From Octopus vulgaris (taxonomy: Eukaryota), in contig OX597818.1 in the NCBI GenBank assembly GCA_951406725.2, positions 10,602,001-10,666,000 of the forward strand: a DNA stretch of 64,000 bases. The letters are read 5' to 3'. The translations under genes were made by a program, and so were the position numbers. The notes under the pieces were generated by a model. It was not told the origin of the DNA. It saw nothing but the letters and a program-made list of their open reading frames with translations, and did not search any database. Shown piece after piece: positions 13,866 to 27,848 of this stretch; within the stretch, counting starts at the first letter, position 1; every line of letters begins with the position of its first letter.

Positions 13866-15382
13866 GACCATTCTTACTTTATTTTAAGGAGCTTTATACT
13901 CCTAGAAGTACAATACTCAATATCTTCTCTGTAATACAGAGTAGCATGATTTGTTGGAAGTTCGCTGTCTTTTTCTAGCAGCTCCTTCGGTGGATCAAGT
14001 AACCTGATTATGGCTTAGTAGTGATACACTAATCCGTTACTCTGTTTAATACTACCACCGCCACTCCACGGTACTTGGTCGCCATTAGTATGGTTTTAAC
14101 TCTTTTGCAAGTATTCAGTAGGGATTTCCTGTCTGAGGATAACTTTCTCCTTTCCATCCACCAATTCTGAAAACCCTAAAAAGGGTTGTGAACGCCGCCT
14201 TACATCCTCTGACTTAGCGATGAAGAATGAATACCTGATGCCATAATTGTGCATTTTCCGAACTTAAGAATTTCGCAATGCGTTTGTTGGCAATCTTTCG
14301 GTACTTGTAGACGACATCATTCACCAACACAACGATGGAAAAAGAGGTGAATAATGTTATCTACTAATACCGAAGGATTTCCCATTTATTTATAACGTAA
14401 CTATATGAGTCACAGTTAATAAACCTAAAGGTATAGTTTATTGATGATCACTTTACCAGTTGCTAAATGCACAGTAATTAGGGCTCAACAAATAAAAAAA
14501 ACTGCCTCAGATAAAACCCTTTCAAAATAGTGAAAGCGGATGTAAACAAACGAACGGGTTAGCGGCATTTTTATTTTATTTTATTTATTTATTTTTTGTT
14601 AAAAGTACCATTAGCTAGCTTGTGGGTGTCGTTGTTACTAGATGCAGTTATTTTACAGATTTCTTGTAATAAACAAATAAGAGATATTTGCCTCTTACAC
14701 GCCACCAAAATCCACTCTTAGTCATTTGGCCATATTTTTATTTATATACACGAATGATTAAGCAGGGGTAAAAATGGAGAGTGTATGTGTGTGTGTGGTG
14801 TGTGCGCGCGAGAAAGAGAGAGTGCGCATGAACATTGCCCTTCAGCTACGACTAAACGATTTTTAAAAAATATGAAAATAGCTGCAAGCATGGCTCAGTG
14901 GTTACGAAATTCGCATCGCAGTCAAATAGTTCCGCGTTCGATTCCACTGCACAGCGACTCGATTAAGTGCTTTCTACCATTGGCTCAGCTTCCTTAAACG
15001 AACCTCGCGGTGTGTATGTGATGTGCATACATATATATATATATATATATATAAATTCCCACACGCAGAAACCTACACACATAACATATATACTTGTATA
15101 AGATATATATACTCACATATACATAAAATGAGAATAGAATGATTTTACGTTTATTTAACATTAGAATGTATTGAATAAACATAAAACCTATCTCCATTTT
15201 AGTTTTCTACGCGTACTGTGTGTTCGAAAGATCGATGGATAACTACATCAAAATATCTCCTCATCTCCTCGCGACTGCAACTTTATAACTATATATAATG
15301 TTAAAATCGAACACAAGGAGTTCTAAACATTGGTTTAGCTATATACCAAGCTTTGTCTACTGCACCACACAAATATATATAT

Positions 15383-15478
15383 GTTGGAAAGACAAACACA
15401 GACAACCAAACATATACACACACACACACACACATACATACATACATACATACATACATACATACATACATACATACA

Positions 15479-15514
<36 letters not shown>

Positions 15515-15680
15515 TACGTATATACGACGGGCTTCTTTCAGTTTCCGTCTACCGAATCTACGCACAAGGCTTTGGTCGGCCCGAGGCTATAGTAGAAAAC
15601 ATTTTTGCCCAAGGTGCCATGCAGTGGGAATGAACCCGGAACCATGTGGTTGGTGAGCAAGCTATTTACTACACAGCCTC
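15383..15680 (-). mobile_element. SINE family A, 5' half with internal (CATA)n
   Basis: ACGACGGGCTTCTTTCAGTTTCCGTCTACC ... ACACAGCC. Confidence 0.8.
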
Positions 15681-16762
15681 CCAAATTTAAACAAAAACAC
15701 AACGAAGGACCAAACGGAAAATCCGTACGTGAGACGGGACATTGCCCATTCTGCGTCAGTTATCATCCCAAAAATCCTTACAATTTCACGCCTTTAACGA
15801 TAACACACACACACACACACACAAAAATGTAGACACTCGCATACACAAGTACGTATATATATATGTGTCTGTCTCCATATCCATAATTATGTTTCCTTAA
15901 AGTTCCGTGACTTGGCGGTCCGGCAATGGAAATCAGACTGAAATAAAAACTGGGAGCGATATGATCGAGGAAACTCGATCAGTATGACCGTGTGTCCAAT
16001 GACTTGTAACCACTAAAAGAATAAAGGAAAATTTATATAATAGTTCATAATGTGCATGGAGAACAGTGAGAAACCAAACATATTTATTCATTTTTAATAC
16101 GTTCTGGTAGGTTCGAACACGAATATCTAATCGTTGTTGTTTTTCGTCATCGGAAAACATCTATTTGTGTTCATGACGCACACGTTCAGTACCCGGGGAA
16201 TTTCTAAGTTATTTTGAAATTATAAACCATGTTGTTGAAAGTGTATAGAGAACAGTGGAAAAAAAAAACAAACTAATTTCAAATTATGATTTTTTTTCAA
16301 GTGTTTGATTCTCGAGGTGGCATAATTACATTTGCACACATATATGCAAACATATGTGCAAACATACATGCATGTATGCAATAAGTGAAAAAAAACTACA
16401 CAAAATAACAAGGAAACAGTTAATATATTAAGTTAACGTTCAAAGAAATAAAAGTTTGTTTTAAGGTTTCGAACGTAAGTCCTTCATCGGAAAAAGAGAA
16501 CGCGAGAAAATGAATTGAAGGTGAGGGAAATAGTGAGCGGTGCGAGAAAAACACGCACACGCGCACTCACACACACATATACACACACACAAATACACAC
16601 ACATACATTCATACATACATACATTCATACATACATTCATACATACATGCATACATACATACACACATACACACACACACACATACACACACAATTACTG
16701 CTTGATGAGCCCGAAAGACGAAAAACAGTCGTGTCTGGCGTTTCAGTTTCTATTAAATTATG

Positions 16763-16811
<49 letters not shown>

Positions 16812-17348
16812 ACTCACATACACCACGCACGACAATTATGTGTGTTTATGTACCTCAATGTTCTATGCGTTCATGTGACTATGGGACACACGAGCGTTTT
16901 TCTCTGCATTTTCTTTTGTTGTTATTTTAGTAAGGGTTTGCGATGAAGGGTCAGGTGGAGTGGGTGGGATCTCGTTTTCTTCTTTTTTGTTTTTTGTTTT
17001 GTGTGGGAAGAGTTCCTATTTCTATTTCTATTTTATTTTATTTCTTTTATAATTATATTATTTGGTGATTTACCCATGAATCACGAGAGTAATATTTTGT
17101 CGCTGGGCTTTGTTTAGTGTGACGTGAGCAGGTGGGGTTGCGAAAGATTTCGAGTGGGTGTATGACGATGGATGTGGGTGCCTTCATGCCTCATTAAACA
17201 CGGCTACTGTTCAAGCTATTCTTTAGCTGCCAGCCAAAAGTATAAATTCTCTTCAATAACATGAAAATCATTTAAATTGATTTATCAGCTTTGGTCTCTG
17301 GAAATATTCAAGGGCTTGGTTTCTGACTAAACTAACATGGGACTGTTA

Positions 17349-17417
<69 letters not shown>

Positions 17418-17789
17418 CATGATTATTAACATCACCACCATCATCATCATCATCATCATCATTGTCGTCGTCCTTGTTTTTGTTTTATCATATACTCTTA
17501 TTCGTTTGAAATATCATCGCTGCCAATGCTGTCTTTTGTCAAATAGACCACTGGAAGACGCCATTTTAGACGCCAGAATAGACGCCATCTGTAGGCTCAA
17601 TATTATCTATAGAAACATCTATGTTGGTTACTACTAAAGCTGCTATTTTCGTGTTTACTTAAACCCCATATCAGCTCGAACCAGCAAGCTTATGATAAAA
17701 GGTATTCCAAGCGTGACCACTCTTTCTTTTTAGAGCTGTATGAATCTGCGCTATGTAATGTTTCCTGCTTTGTTTATATTGGATAAAAC

Positions 17790-18100
17790 TGGTTCTCCAT
17801 CAGGTATGACAACAAGGGTTCCAGTTGATCCGACCAACTGAGCCACCTACTCGCGAAATTGATGTGCGTCTGGTTGAGCACTTCACAGATACGCTTATAA
17901 TGCCGGTTTTCCGGATTCTGTGGCGTTTATATTTACCCATCCACCCGAACGAGAGGCCGATCCATCGCAGGATTACTCATCTTTGCCAGATGAGTGTACT
18001 GGAACTACGTGAAATGAAGTGTTTGCTCAAGAACACAGCGCATCACCCGATCCAGGATATGAAACCACGATCTTACGCTCTAACCACTAAGCCATGCACC
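17790..18100 (-). mobile_element. tRNA-headed CORE-like SINE, family C
   Basis: TGAAATGAAGTGTTTGCTCAAGAACACAG..GAAACCACGATCTTACG..CTAACCACTAAGCCA is the reverse complement of a tRNA head plus CORE-like segment. Confidence 0.7.
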
Positions 18101-18104
18101 TCTA

Positions 18105-18782
18105 CCCTGCCAAAAATAGCACCCAAAATTTTTTCAAATCACACCTAACCATTGTTTGAAAATTAAATGAATGTTCGGTAATATATTCCGACGGTATAGA
18201 ATGCCTAAGAAGACAAAACGGTGATGGCTAGAAGGTCTCTAAAGATAGGTCTGTTCGATTTAGTTTGTTCTAGAACTTAACTAAATTACTCTCACCAGAA
18301 TTACCACCTTTCCCCACGACCACATCCACCACCAGCACAACAATAACAACCCACAACCGCCACTAAACCCTATTTTCTTCAAATAAAGGAAGGTATTTCT
18401 CGATGTGGTCGCTCAATTTAGTAGAAATAATCGCCAAATCTCCTTCATCCTGCTGTCTTGAACAACGACGTATATATTGATCAATATTCTTGGTATGCAA
18501 AAAGATGGAATGGTCATGGCTGGAATGTGTTTGATCATAGGTCTGTTCAGTCACGGTTGACCTGATGCTAAACAACAACAAAAGCAACGAACTTACATAA
18601 TTCTGGCAATTGAAGCAGCCTCTACGTGCCCGTCCAACAGTCTAGATATAGCAGACAAATGTCCTTCAATTCATACCTTGTTGTCTTTAAAAAATGCATA
18701 CATTGGATAACTTGTGTCTGAAAATTTTGATCACAGGTTTATTCTATCAGGGTTGACCCGGGGTTAAGCAACAACAATAACA
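18105..18782 (+). mobile_element. Family D trimer
   Basis: Three units; the middle one is closest to consensus (GGTCATGGCTGGAATGTGTTTGATCATAGGTCTG..GACCTGATGCTAAACAACAAC). Confidence 0.65.
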
Positions 18783-18949
18783 AGACCAACAGTAGCACCA
18801 TGATCATCTACAATCAGTGATGACCATCTCGTTATTGCTTTGAACTGAATATCCCTGGATAGTTTATTGCTATATGATGATAGTTGAGAGAGTTTGACTG
18901 GTGTTTGACATCTGTGCCTCTGTGTGTGCAAGTGTAAGTATGTATATGA

Positions 18950-18950
<1 letters not shown>

Positions 18951-19009
<59 letters not shown>

Positions 19010-19111
19010 GTATATATTTATTTATATATATATATATATTTATATATATGTATGAATGTATATGTATATGTATATATATTTATTTATATATATATATATT
19101 TATATATATAT

Positions 19112-19174
<63 letters not shown>

Positions 19175-19215
19175 TATATATATATATGCATATATATATA
19201 TACGCACACATATAT
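18951..19215. repeat. Compound (TA)n microsatellite
   Basis: Read directly from the sequence. Confidence 0.9.
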
Positions 19216-19772
19216 GGTAGTGGAAATGGGGAGAAAATATGGCAGGGGCAATTGAGGACAATATTGTAGATTTTATCGCACTTGAAGTCCCTATGAGATA
19301 TGTAAAACAAATGTATACGCTTCCAAATTCCAAGGGACTTTCAAGTGCTAGTCCTTTTAAGTGCAGGTTATGATTCCATGCCGTTAAGTGGATAAGAGAT
19401 AAAGTCTTCCGTTGCTCTGGATTGACTACCAGTCAATACCCAGTTGTCATTCTCTTGTGATACGGAGCTAATTTCTGTAGTATAAAACGTTTTACGCAGA
19501 AAACAAAAATAAAAAATCAGTGCAACGCCTTTCAACAGATTTAATCTCACCGTACTTCATCCGCAACTATGTTTGCAACGTCCTGCACCAAGTACACCAC
19601 GTCGAGTCAACTATCTTTTAAAAGAAATAGAAGGATAAAGAGATGACGTGTAATGCAGATCTGTATGCATTTTATTTGAAAATAACACTGGACGGTTATG
19701 GCTGAACAGCCTTTGAACATAAGTCTTTTTGATCATAACGATATTTGGGTAAAATAACTACAATAACAGACC

Positions 19773-19880
19773 ATTATTTACATTTTTTACATTCGACAGA
19801 TATTTGTCCTCATCTTGTTTGTTGTTAACAACAAACAAGATGAGGACAAATATCCGTCGAATGTAAATAATGTAAATAAT
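19773..19880. repeat. 108-bp loopless palindrome inside a 12-bp direct repeat
   Basis: Arms of 54 bp centred on GTT|AAC (19826/19827), 2 mismatches; AATAACAGACCA at 19762-19773 and 19906-19917. Confidence 0.9.
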
Positions 19881-21404
19881 TCCTCATCTCTTTAATATAG
19901 AACTGAATAACAGACCAGTTCATTGCATTTGGAACTGGTGGCGATGTGCTGAATGGTGTAACAGAAATATTCTGTGAATTCGAATTTGCTTTTTAATCGG
20001 AGGAAAAGAGAACAAAATCTCAGATAATTACAAGCAATTAAGGATTAATTTCACAAAAAAAAAATTTAATTCATTCTAAGAAAGGATATTTGTTTTCTAT
20101 TAGCAGGCAAGGTGACTACTACATCTGTGTTTCTGTGTATTTAGATCAAAAGGTCAGAGAAGCTGAATTAAATTATTGTAAATGTTTACAGCAGAATCAA
20201 ATATTTTTGAGTTATAGATTTATTTGAGATCCTTTCTACAAAGTGGGACAATTTATGCAATGGATTACTCAGAATCTCAAAGAAAGCATTCCTGGGTCTC
20301 TGAGATTAGTGGCGGAAAAGAGGAAATTATCTACCGACAAGAGAGTTGGCCCGAATACTTGCAGCATCTAGGCTATGTGTGCCTGAAATAGAATCCACTT
20401 TTGCGAGTATTCGTGCCTCTTACCTCACTAAAACTGGAACCGATCCACTCAGTCAGTTTCTATGTAGTTTCCACTTACCGAATGTCAACGAACAAACGTA
20501 ATTCAGAACCGAGGCTATGAGAGTAGACATTTGCTCGAAATGCTATTCAGTGGGATCAAACACAAAACCACATAGTTGCGAGGCGAACTTCTTAACCACA
20601 CTGCCATGCCTGACGTTAAAATTTGGAATTGATTCACCGCCATATTGTTGTAGTCAGAAAACCACACGTTTGGCGGTGGGGGTGGATATTATCGATTATA
20701 TCTACCTAAATTTTCCACTGGTGTTCATTTTATCGACTCTCAAAGGATGAAAGTCAAAGCCGTCTTATGTGGGATTTGAAATCAGATTACAAAATGATTA
20801 TTACTCGTTTTAACTCTTATGGCGATGGCTTATACAAAATGACGGCCAACAAAATGACGTGTGACATTTAATTATGACTTTCGGTTGATGCTTTGAGTTC
20901 AAATTCCGCGCGGGTCAAGTTTGCTTTCATCCTTGCAGGATCGATAAAACAAAGTGCCAGTCAAGTATCGGGTCGATATAATCGATACACTGCAAGGCAA
21001 TTAATCTGTCCCTTTACCAGTTGTGCCTTCCACAGCCCTTATAATATAGATTTCTAACATAGACACAGCAGTCACACATTTTGTGGGAGGGAACAGGCGA
21101 TTAAATCTACTCCAGTACTTAAATGGTAATTTATTTTATCAACACCCGACAGGATGAAATACAAAGCAATTTTCGGCAAAATAATGATCAAAACGATGAT
21201 AATTTCTTACGTAGGTAAAAAAATATTGGCGGGACGGAGACAATCAACTATATCAATCTCTCAACTTAAATGGTACTTTATTTTATCGACCCTCCCCCCA
21301 ACCCACCCAAAAGAATAAAAAGCAAAGCTGACAGCGCCGAGACATGAAATCACAAGTATAAAGAGTCAGGACAAATATTGCAAGATATTTTTCCCACGGT
21401 CTAA

Positions 21405-21590
21405 CGAGCTGGCTGGATGGTTAGCATGCTGGACGAAATGCGTAACGGTACGTTCTGACCTCATATTCCACCAGGTCGACTTTACTTTTCATCCTTTTGG
21501 GGTCGATAAAATAAGTACCTATTGAGCACTGAGGTTGATGTAAATGACTAGTCCCCTGCCCTGGTGCCTTATGGCAAAATTTGAATCTAT
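21405..21590 (+). mobile_element. SINE family B
   Basis: CGAGCTGGC head; CATCCTTTTGGGGTCGATAAAATAAGTACC domain. Confidence 0.7.
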
Positions 21591-21592
21591 TA

Positions 21593-21672
<80 letters not shown>

Positions 21673-22829
21673 ACCAAAGGAACAAACGCAAGAGAAGCTA
21701 GAAGAGAAGGGATTGTGAAAGTAAAAGAATCAATTAATTTGGTGAAAAACTTGTTTTTAAGGGTTTCCTGATATCAACAATGTTATATTAACTAATTTCA
21801 TGTTAAAGGCATCATTATTGTGGTAATACAAAGCTGAAGTATAATGGCCCCAGGTAGGAAAGGAAGCTGACGTATAAAGGGATGTAAGGGGACAAACTAG
21901 CTTAATTAACTTCTTAATTAATTTTGACGAAGGATCGGCAATTAGGTTTGATATCTGCTCCCAAATTAACCCATGTATTAAACGGAGTGTCTATGCGATC
22001 GGTCGGTCGACCTTTTCAGCCTGTTAGAAATCAAAGTCAAATCTCCCTCAAATTGCGACCTGCCGCTGTCTTAATAAAAGGTAAGGTAGATTGGATAATA
22101 GCGTATTCCTAGGTAGATTGTGCCAGAAACAAAAATACATAAACGGAATAGTCACAGCTAGAACATCTTTGATCATAGGTCTGTTCGAGTGAATTTAACT
22201 TGAGGCTAAATGGCAACAACAAGGAGAAGAAACACTCAGCATAATTTACATTGTCGCTCGAGCTGGTAGCAGTAGATCACACCCGACCTGAAGCTCAACA
22301 ACAACAACAACAGCTGCATCCTACACCACAGGCACGCTATTACATCAAATTCTTGCACCACCACCACCACCACCACCACTACTACAATTACTTCTACTTT
22401 AGCAGCGACTGCTACCGTAAAAGTGTTCAAAGTAGAAAGGGGAGGCCTGAACAATCAGGGATTTGATTCTATGTTGTTATTGATTTATTAAATATAATGG
22501 CATTGTCAATGAAATTGGTAGTTTTAGTGTTTGTACTAGCAAGAATTGGTAACTGGTCATGGTATCTGTATCAGTAACAACTGAAGCGGAATAAAAATTT
22601 GAAGTGATGTCTTGCCTCGTTTTGCCTCCTGATGAAGTAGAGTCAAAATTCATTCCCGCATCTCTGTTATATTTTTCTTTTGTTGTTGCTTAACCTTAGG
22701 TCAGGTCTAACCTGGCAAACCTATTTATTATCGAAGGCATTCCAACTCTGACTATTTTGTCATTCATGCGGATGGCGTCCCTGAATAATTTAGAGGTGTT
22801 TTATTTTGCGGTTTTCTTCTCAATGCAAT

Positions 22830-23045
22830 GAGCTGGCAAAAGCCGTTAGCGTGCCGAACGAAATGCTAGGTGGTATTTCTCCCTTTTTCTGCGTTCTGAG
22901 TTCAAATCACAACGACGTCAATGTTGCTTTTCCTTCTTTCGTGGAGTATATAAAATACCAGTCAAGTACAGAGGTCGATATAATCGATTGCCAACCCCAC
23001 CCTCCGCCTCAAAATTGCTAGCATTGTACTAAAAATTAGAAACCT
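22830..23045 (+). mobile_element. SINE family B
   Basis: GAGCTGGCAAAAGCCGTTAGCGTGCCG..GAGTTCAAATC. Confidence 0.65.
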
Positions 23046-23694
23046 AAACAGAATTATCTAATATGTCCTTTCTTATTAAAGTACGTAGTGTGACTTAAGA
23101 GAAAATTTCGTTGTTATTTCTAGCATACTGACTGACCACATAAACATTTCTCATTAATTCAGTTTTCCCTTATTTTCATTTGTGACCTTCCAGCGAAAGA
23201 AGGTTACAATAATTTCATCTGTCCCTTATTCTTTTTCTTATTATCTATTATTATAGGTGAGGCTATGTAGTTAAGAAGTTACGCTTCAAAAATATCTTTT
23301 TAATATCAACATTAGGGCAGTAACGAAATTTGCTTAGCGGGTGCAAGCACAGATCCAACCCAGGATGTTCAAAGCGTTTTCATTACCCCACTACAACCAC
23401 CACCACCACCACCACCACCAGCAGACATTAGGGGGTGCACTTGCTCCCTACGCATCCCCTGTTCCCGTGCCCCTGGACCCTAGTGCGTGGCATTTCAGGT
23501 GAGCGGCTTCTATGACAGCCTTGAAGTCAACTAAAATCCTTTTCAATATCTCCATTCTCAATATCTTTATGAGCTTCTCCATAACCCATGAGTCAGGACT
23601 TGTTCGAACTCCCAGCATCGAGCTTTGTAGGCCTTACAGTAATTAATGGGCTGCAGCTCCCAATAAAATATTAAACTGAATTCAGCTGCTATTG

Positions 23695-23910
23695 ATTTCA
23701 AATTTTGGGACAAGGCCAGCAATTTCGGGGACGGGGGTAAATCAGTTGCATTGTCCCAGTATCCAATTGGTAATTATTTTATCTACCTCGAAAGGGCGAA
23801 AGGCAAAGTCGATCCCGCAGTACTTGAACTCCGAACGTAAAGTCGGAAGAAATGCCGCTAAACATTTTTTTTTTACCGGTGTGATTACGATTCCGCTAGT
23901 TCGCTGCCTT
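23695..23910 (-). mobile_element. SINE family B
   Basis: Reverse complement of the family B consensus (GAAAGGCAAAGTCGA..TTGAACTC..AATGCCGCTAAACAT). Confidence 0.65.
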
Positions 23911-23959
23911 CAATTCAATTACTTTTAATTGTGATTCTACTGGAGTATTTGTTTGAGAT

Positions 23960-24094
23960 TGTGAGCACTGGTGGTGCTGGTGGTGACTAGTGGTGACTGT
24001 AGTGATGGAAGTTATAAGCCAAAGTAGTAGTAATAATACGGTTAAGTGATAGTGTTAGTGAGTTATGATCATAATGGTATTGCTGCTTTGCTAC

Positions 24095-24158
<64 letters not shown>

Positions 24159-24400
24159 GGTGGTGGTGGTGGTGATGGTGGTGGTACTGCCCTTGACGAT
24201 AGTAACAGTGTAAGTAGTACGGGAAGTAGGTGGTTATGGTAGGGGTGATGGAGGAATCTGTTAGTGATGATGAATAGCGGTTGCATTGATACTGTTTCAT
24301 GGTAGTAACCATGTTAGTAGCACGGATGATGGTCATAGTTGGTAATGGTGAGGAGCGGTAGGGGTGTTAATGCTGTTTGTGTGGTAGTAACCCTATTAGA
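23960..24400. repeat. (GTA)n/(GTG)n and degenerate trinucleotide tract
   Basis: Read directly from the sequence. Confidence 0.75.
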
Positions 24401-25105
24401 AATAAAAGCAGTGCTAAAGCGTGCGATTGCAGAAGACAAGCGAACTGTAACAGGGTGATATAGTGTGAAACGTCGGATGGGGAGTGCTGGAAAATGTAGC
24501 TTTCTCCCCAACGGGTAAGACATTCGATGAGGGAACACTTTATTCATTCAAGGATTATCGTAAGATGAGCGATTATTGACTGTGAAATGGTGAAACACCT
24601 CAGGTGATCTTTTCTAGAAATTCTCATTAATTTATTTAGCAAGCCGTAGTCAGTTTTAGTTAATTGCTATATGGATCTCAAGAGAAACTGGTGATTATTT
24701 TAACTGTCGAAAATCACCACAAACGTTGCTAAACAGTTGCTAAATTTAATGCAGCCTTTTACAGCTAGCAGTTTCTCAGCAGCCATGTTTGATAGTTCTA
24801 CTGTTACGTTAGATTTGATTAGATTTATAAAATAGGCAGAGAGCAATTTCCATCTTGTTTTACCCTAAAGTCATGCTTTGTCATAAATTTAGTTAATTCC
24901 TGAGAAGAAGGGTTTTTGAATTTTGTTACAAACACTGAAAGCGGTTAGGTGTGAACTTTTAGCTTAAGTATGTGTGTGCGTGTGTATGCATGCAAGTACG
25001 TATGTATGTATGTATGTATGTATGTATGTATGTATGTATGTATGTATGTATGTATGTACTTGTGCATGTATATGTGAGTGTTTGTATGCAGTGAATAAGT
25101 GTATA

Positions 25106-25171
<66 letters not shown>

Positions 25172-25212
25172 TAATACAAATAAAATATATATATGCATAT
25201 ATACATACTTAT

Positions 25213-25269
<57 letters not shown>

Positions 25270-26910
25270 TATATGGGTACAGGACATCACAAAACGTAAC
25301 ATATATATGAGTATATATATTTATACATATATATATATGTTTGTATGTGTGTATGTATATATATGTATACATACATACATACATACATACATACACACAC
25401 ACACATACACACACATATATAAATGATGTATGTATGTATACATTGGCTCATTTAGATTGAAATATTCAAGTTTAATAGTATCGAGTGAATGTTAGCAGAA
25501 TCTCAATAGCTAAGTGGTTGCAACGTAAGTTTGACGGCCCAACATGTTGATTTCAATATGCGCCTATTTCTGTGTTCCGTCTCTGGGCCTGATATTGAAA
25601 AATCTTCATTCTCGGTTAGTCCGATTGATTGCTTGTGTGAGACAGTTGACATTATTCACTCGCATTGTCTTCTTTATATATAAAACACTTACTTTCATTA
25701 TCTATGGCCATTAACTGCGATTTAAAAAGGTCCAAATAGAGAAAGGGTGAATGTGATACAAGTGAATTCAAGGATTCGGTCTTCAGCGACGCGAATGTGC
25801 TAATAATGGCTAACTCTCGATTACAAAAAAAGAACACAGATTTTAGGATAGGGAACAGATTGTATCGACTTCTGTACATGACTGGTACTTTATCTTATCA
25901 CCATTGAAAGAGAAAAAGCAAACCTGATATTGGTGAGATCTGAATTTAAAGCGTAAACTAACAAAACTAAATACCATATTTTTTACGTTACTTAACTAAT
26001 TCAATTAATTACTAATAATAATAATGATAATAATAATCGTTTTATGGATACTGCCTCCCTTTCACTCTGAAACATCATATACATATATATATATATATAT
26101 AATATCATATAATATAAATAGGCCTGTGCATGGGTGTGTGGTAAGAAGCTTGCTTCGCAACCATAAAATTCCGGGCTCAGTCACACTGCGTGGCACCTTA
26201 GACAAGTGTCTTCTAATATAGGCTCAGGCCGACCAAAGCTTTGTGAGTGAATTTGTAAACGACTTACTCCCTCCCCCAAAATACTGGCCTTGTGTCAAAA
26301 TTTGAAATCACTATTAAGATAGAGCAAAAGAATAGTTAAATAATAGCAAACAACTCTTTCCCTCTCTCTCTCTCCTCTTCTCTCTCTTCCTCTCTACATT
26401 CTCTCTTTCTTTCTTTCTTCCGTTCTCTAATCTGAATACACTTACTTCTACCATAAGGGTAGTTCTGTCTAGATCACAATGATCAAGTCTTACTAACTCA
26501 ATTTTACTATTCCATACTCATGTATTTTTAACAAGTAATACGCTAGTACTCTATTATTCCATTATTAGTTCCAGCAAGAGGCCGTATCCATGCTGGGGCA
26601 CCGCCATCAGCGCTAGTGCTTGTTTATTTTAGACTCACTTCCCTGTCCCGTCTCCGAAATTGTTCCCGTCTCCGGAATTGGTCCTGATGAAGTAGTGTGT
26701 TGGACAGACCTGCCCTATTTTCCGTTTCCTGCCGTGACGTTAGTTCATCTGGTATATCAGATAAAAATTTGTTCATTTGTTGTTTTAACACATCCACATC
26801 TACGCCTCGTAGATCTCTGAGAGCTTTTAAGAATGTATTAAAAAGTTGTGGGAATTTGAACCCTAAGCTGGTCGGAGATGGCGAGATATTTGACAGTATG
26901 CAGTGATGTC

Positions 26911-27781
26911 GGCGAAGTTTCGCATGTCGTAGCGCAGATTTCCGTCGATTTCCGTAAAAAACTTTTATTTTTTTACATAAGTAATGAGAGCGAAAGAGAC
27001 TAAGAGGAAGCGATTTTACGACGAGAAGGTTTCACTTTGAAATCGGCCTGTGTGTGTTTGATGGGGTGTGGGAGACAGACAGTATGTTGTGTAAGTGAAG
27101 TGATTCTGTTAGTGTGTGTGAAGAGACAGAGAGAGTAATGTGTGAAAGAGAGAGATAACTGATTTTTTACTCGGTGTATGTGTATATGTATGTATGCATG
27201 TATGTGTATATGTATGTATGCATGTATCTATGTATGTGTGTGTGTGTAAGTATGTGTGTGTGTGTATGTATGTATGTATGGCCGATTCATCGTAATTTTT
27301 TACTCGGTGTATGTGTATGTCTGCATGTATGTGTGTGTGTGTATGTATCTATGTATGTGTGTATGTGTATGTGTGTATGTATGTATGGTCGATTCAGTGT
27401 AATTTTTTACTCGGTGTATGTGCATATGTATGTCTGCATGTATGTGTGTGGGTGTATGTATCTATGTATGTGTGTGTGTGTGTAAGTATGTGTGTGTGTA
27501 TGTATGTATGTATGTGTGTGTGTGTATGTATGTATGTACTCGGTGTATGTGTATATGTATGTCTGTCTCTTCGCACACACTAACAGAAGCACTTCACTTA
27601 CACAACATACTGTCTGTCTCCCGCACCCCATCAAACACACACAGGCCGACTTCAAAGTGAAACCTTCTCGTCGTAAAATCGCTTCCTCTTAGTCTCTTTC
27701 GCTCTCATTACTTATGTAAAAAAATAAAAGTTTTTTACGGAAATCGACGGAAATCTGTGCTACTACAACCGAAACTATGCC
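26911..27781. mobile_element. Foldback/MITE with ~220-bp TIRs, GG termini and 8-bp TSD (Merlin- or Mutator-like)
   Basis: GTGATGTC at 26903-26910 and 27782-27789; the left arm from GGCGAAGTTTCG (to about 27130) is the near-perfect reverse complement of about 27560-27781 (ends CGAAACTATGCC); the interior has repeated TTTTTACTCGGTGTATG units with (TATG/TG)n. Confidence 0.88.
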
Positions 27782-27848
27782 GTGATGTCTACTTCGGTGA
27801 TTGGTATAGCTATTTTTCCAAAGCTGGGTGCTGGACTTTCCAGGGTCT

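Noticed and set aside
22251-22466. Poly-Q/poly-H transcription-factor-like ORF
   Set aside because: Short CAA and CAC repeats adjoining a family D tail; no domain.
27160-27560. CRISPR-like repeat-spacer pattern
   Set aside because: The spacers are microsatellite, the context is eukaryotic, and the array is the interior of a TIR element.
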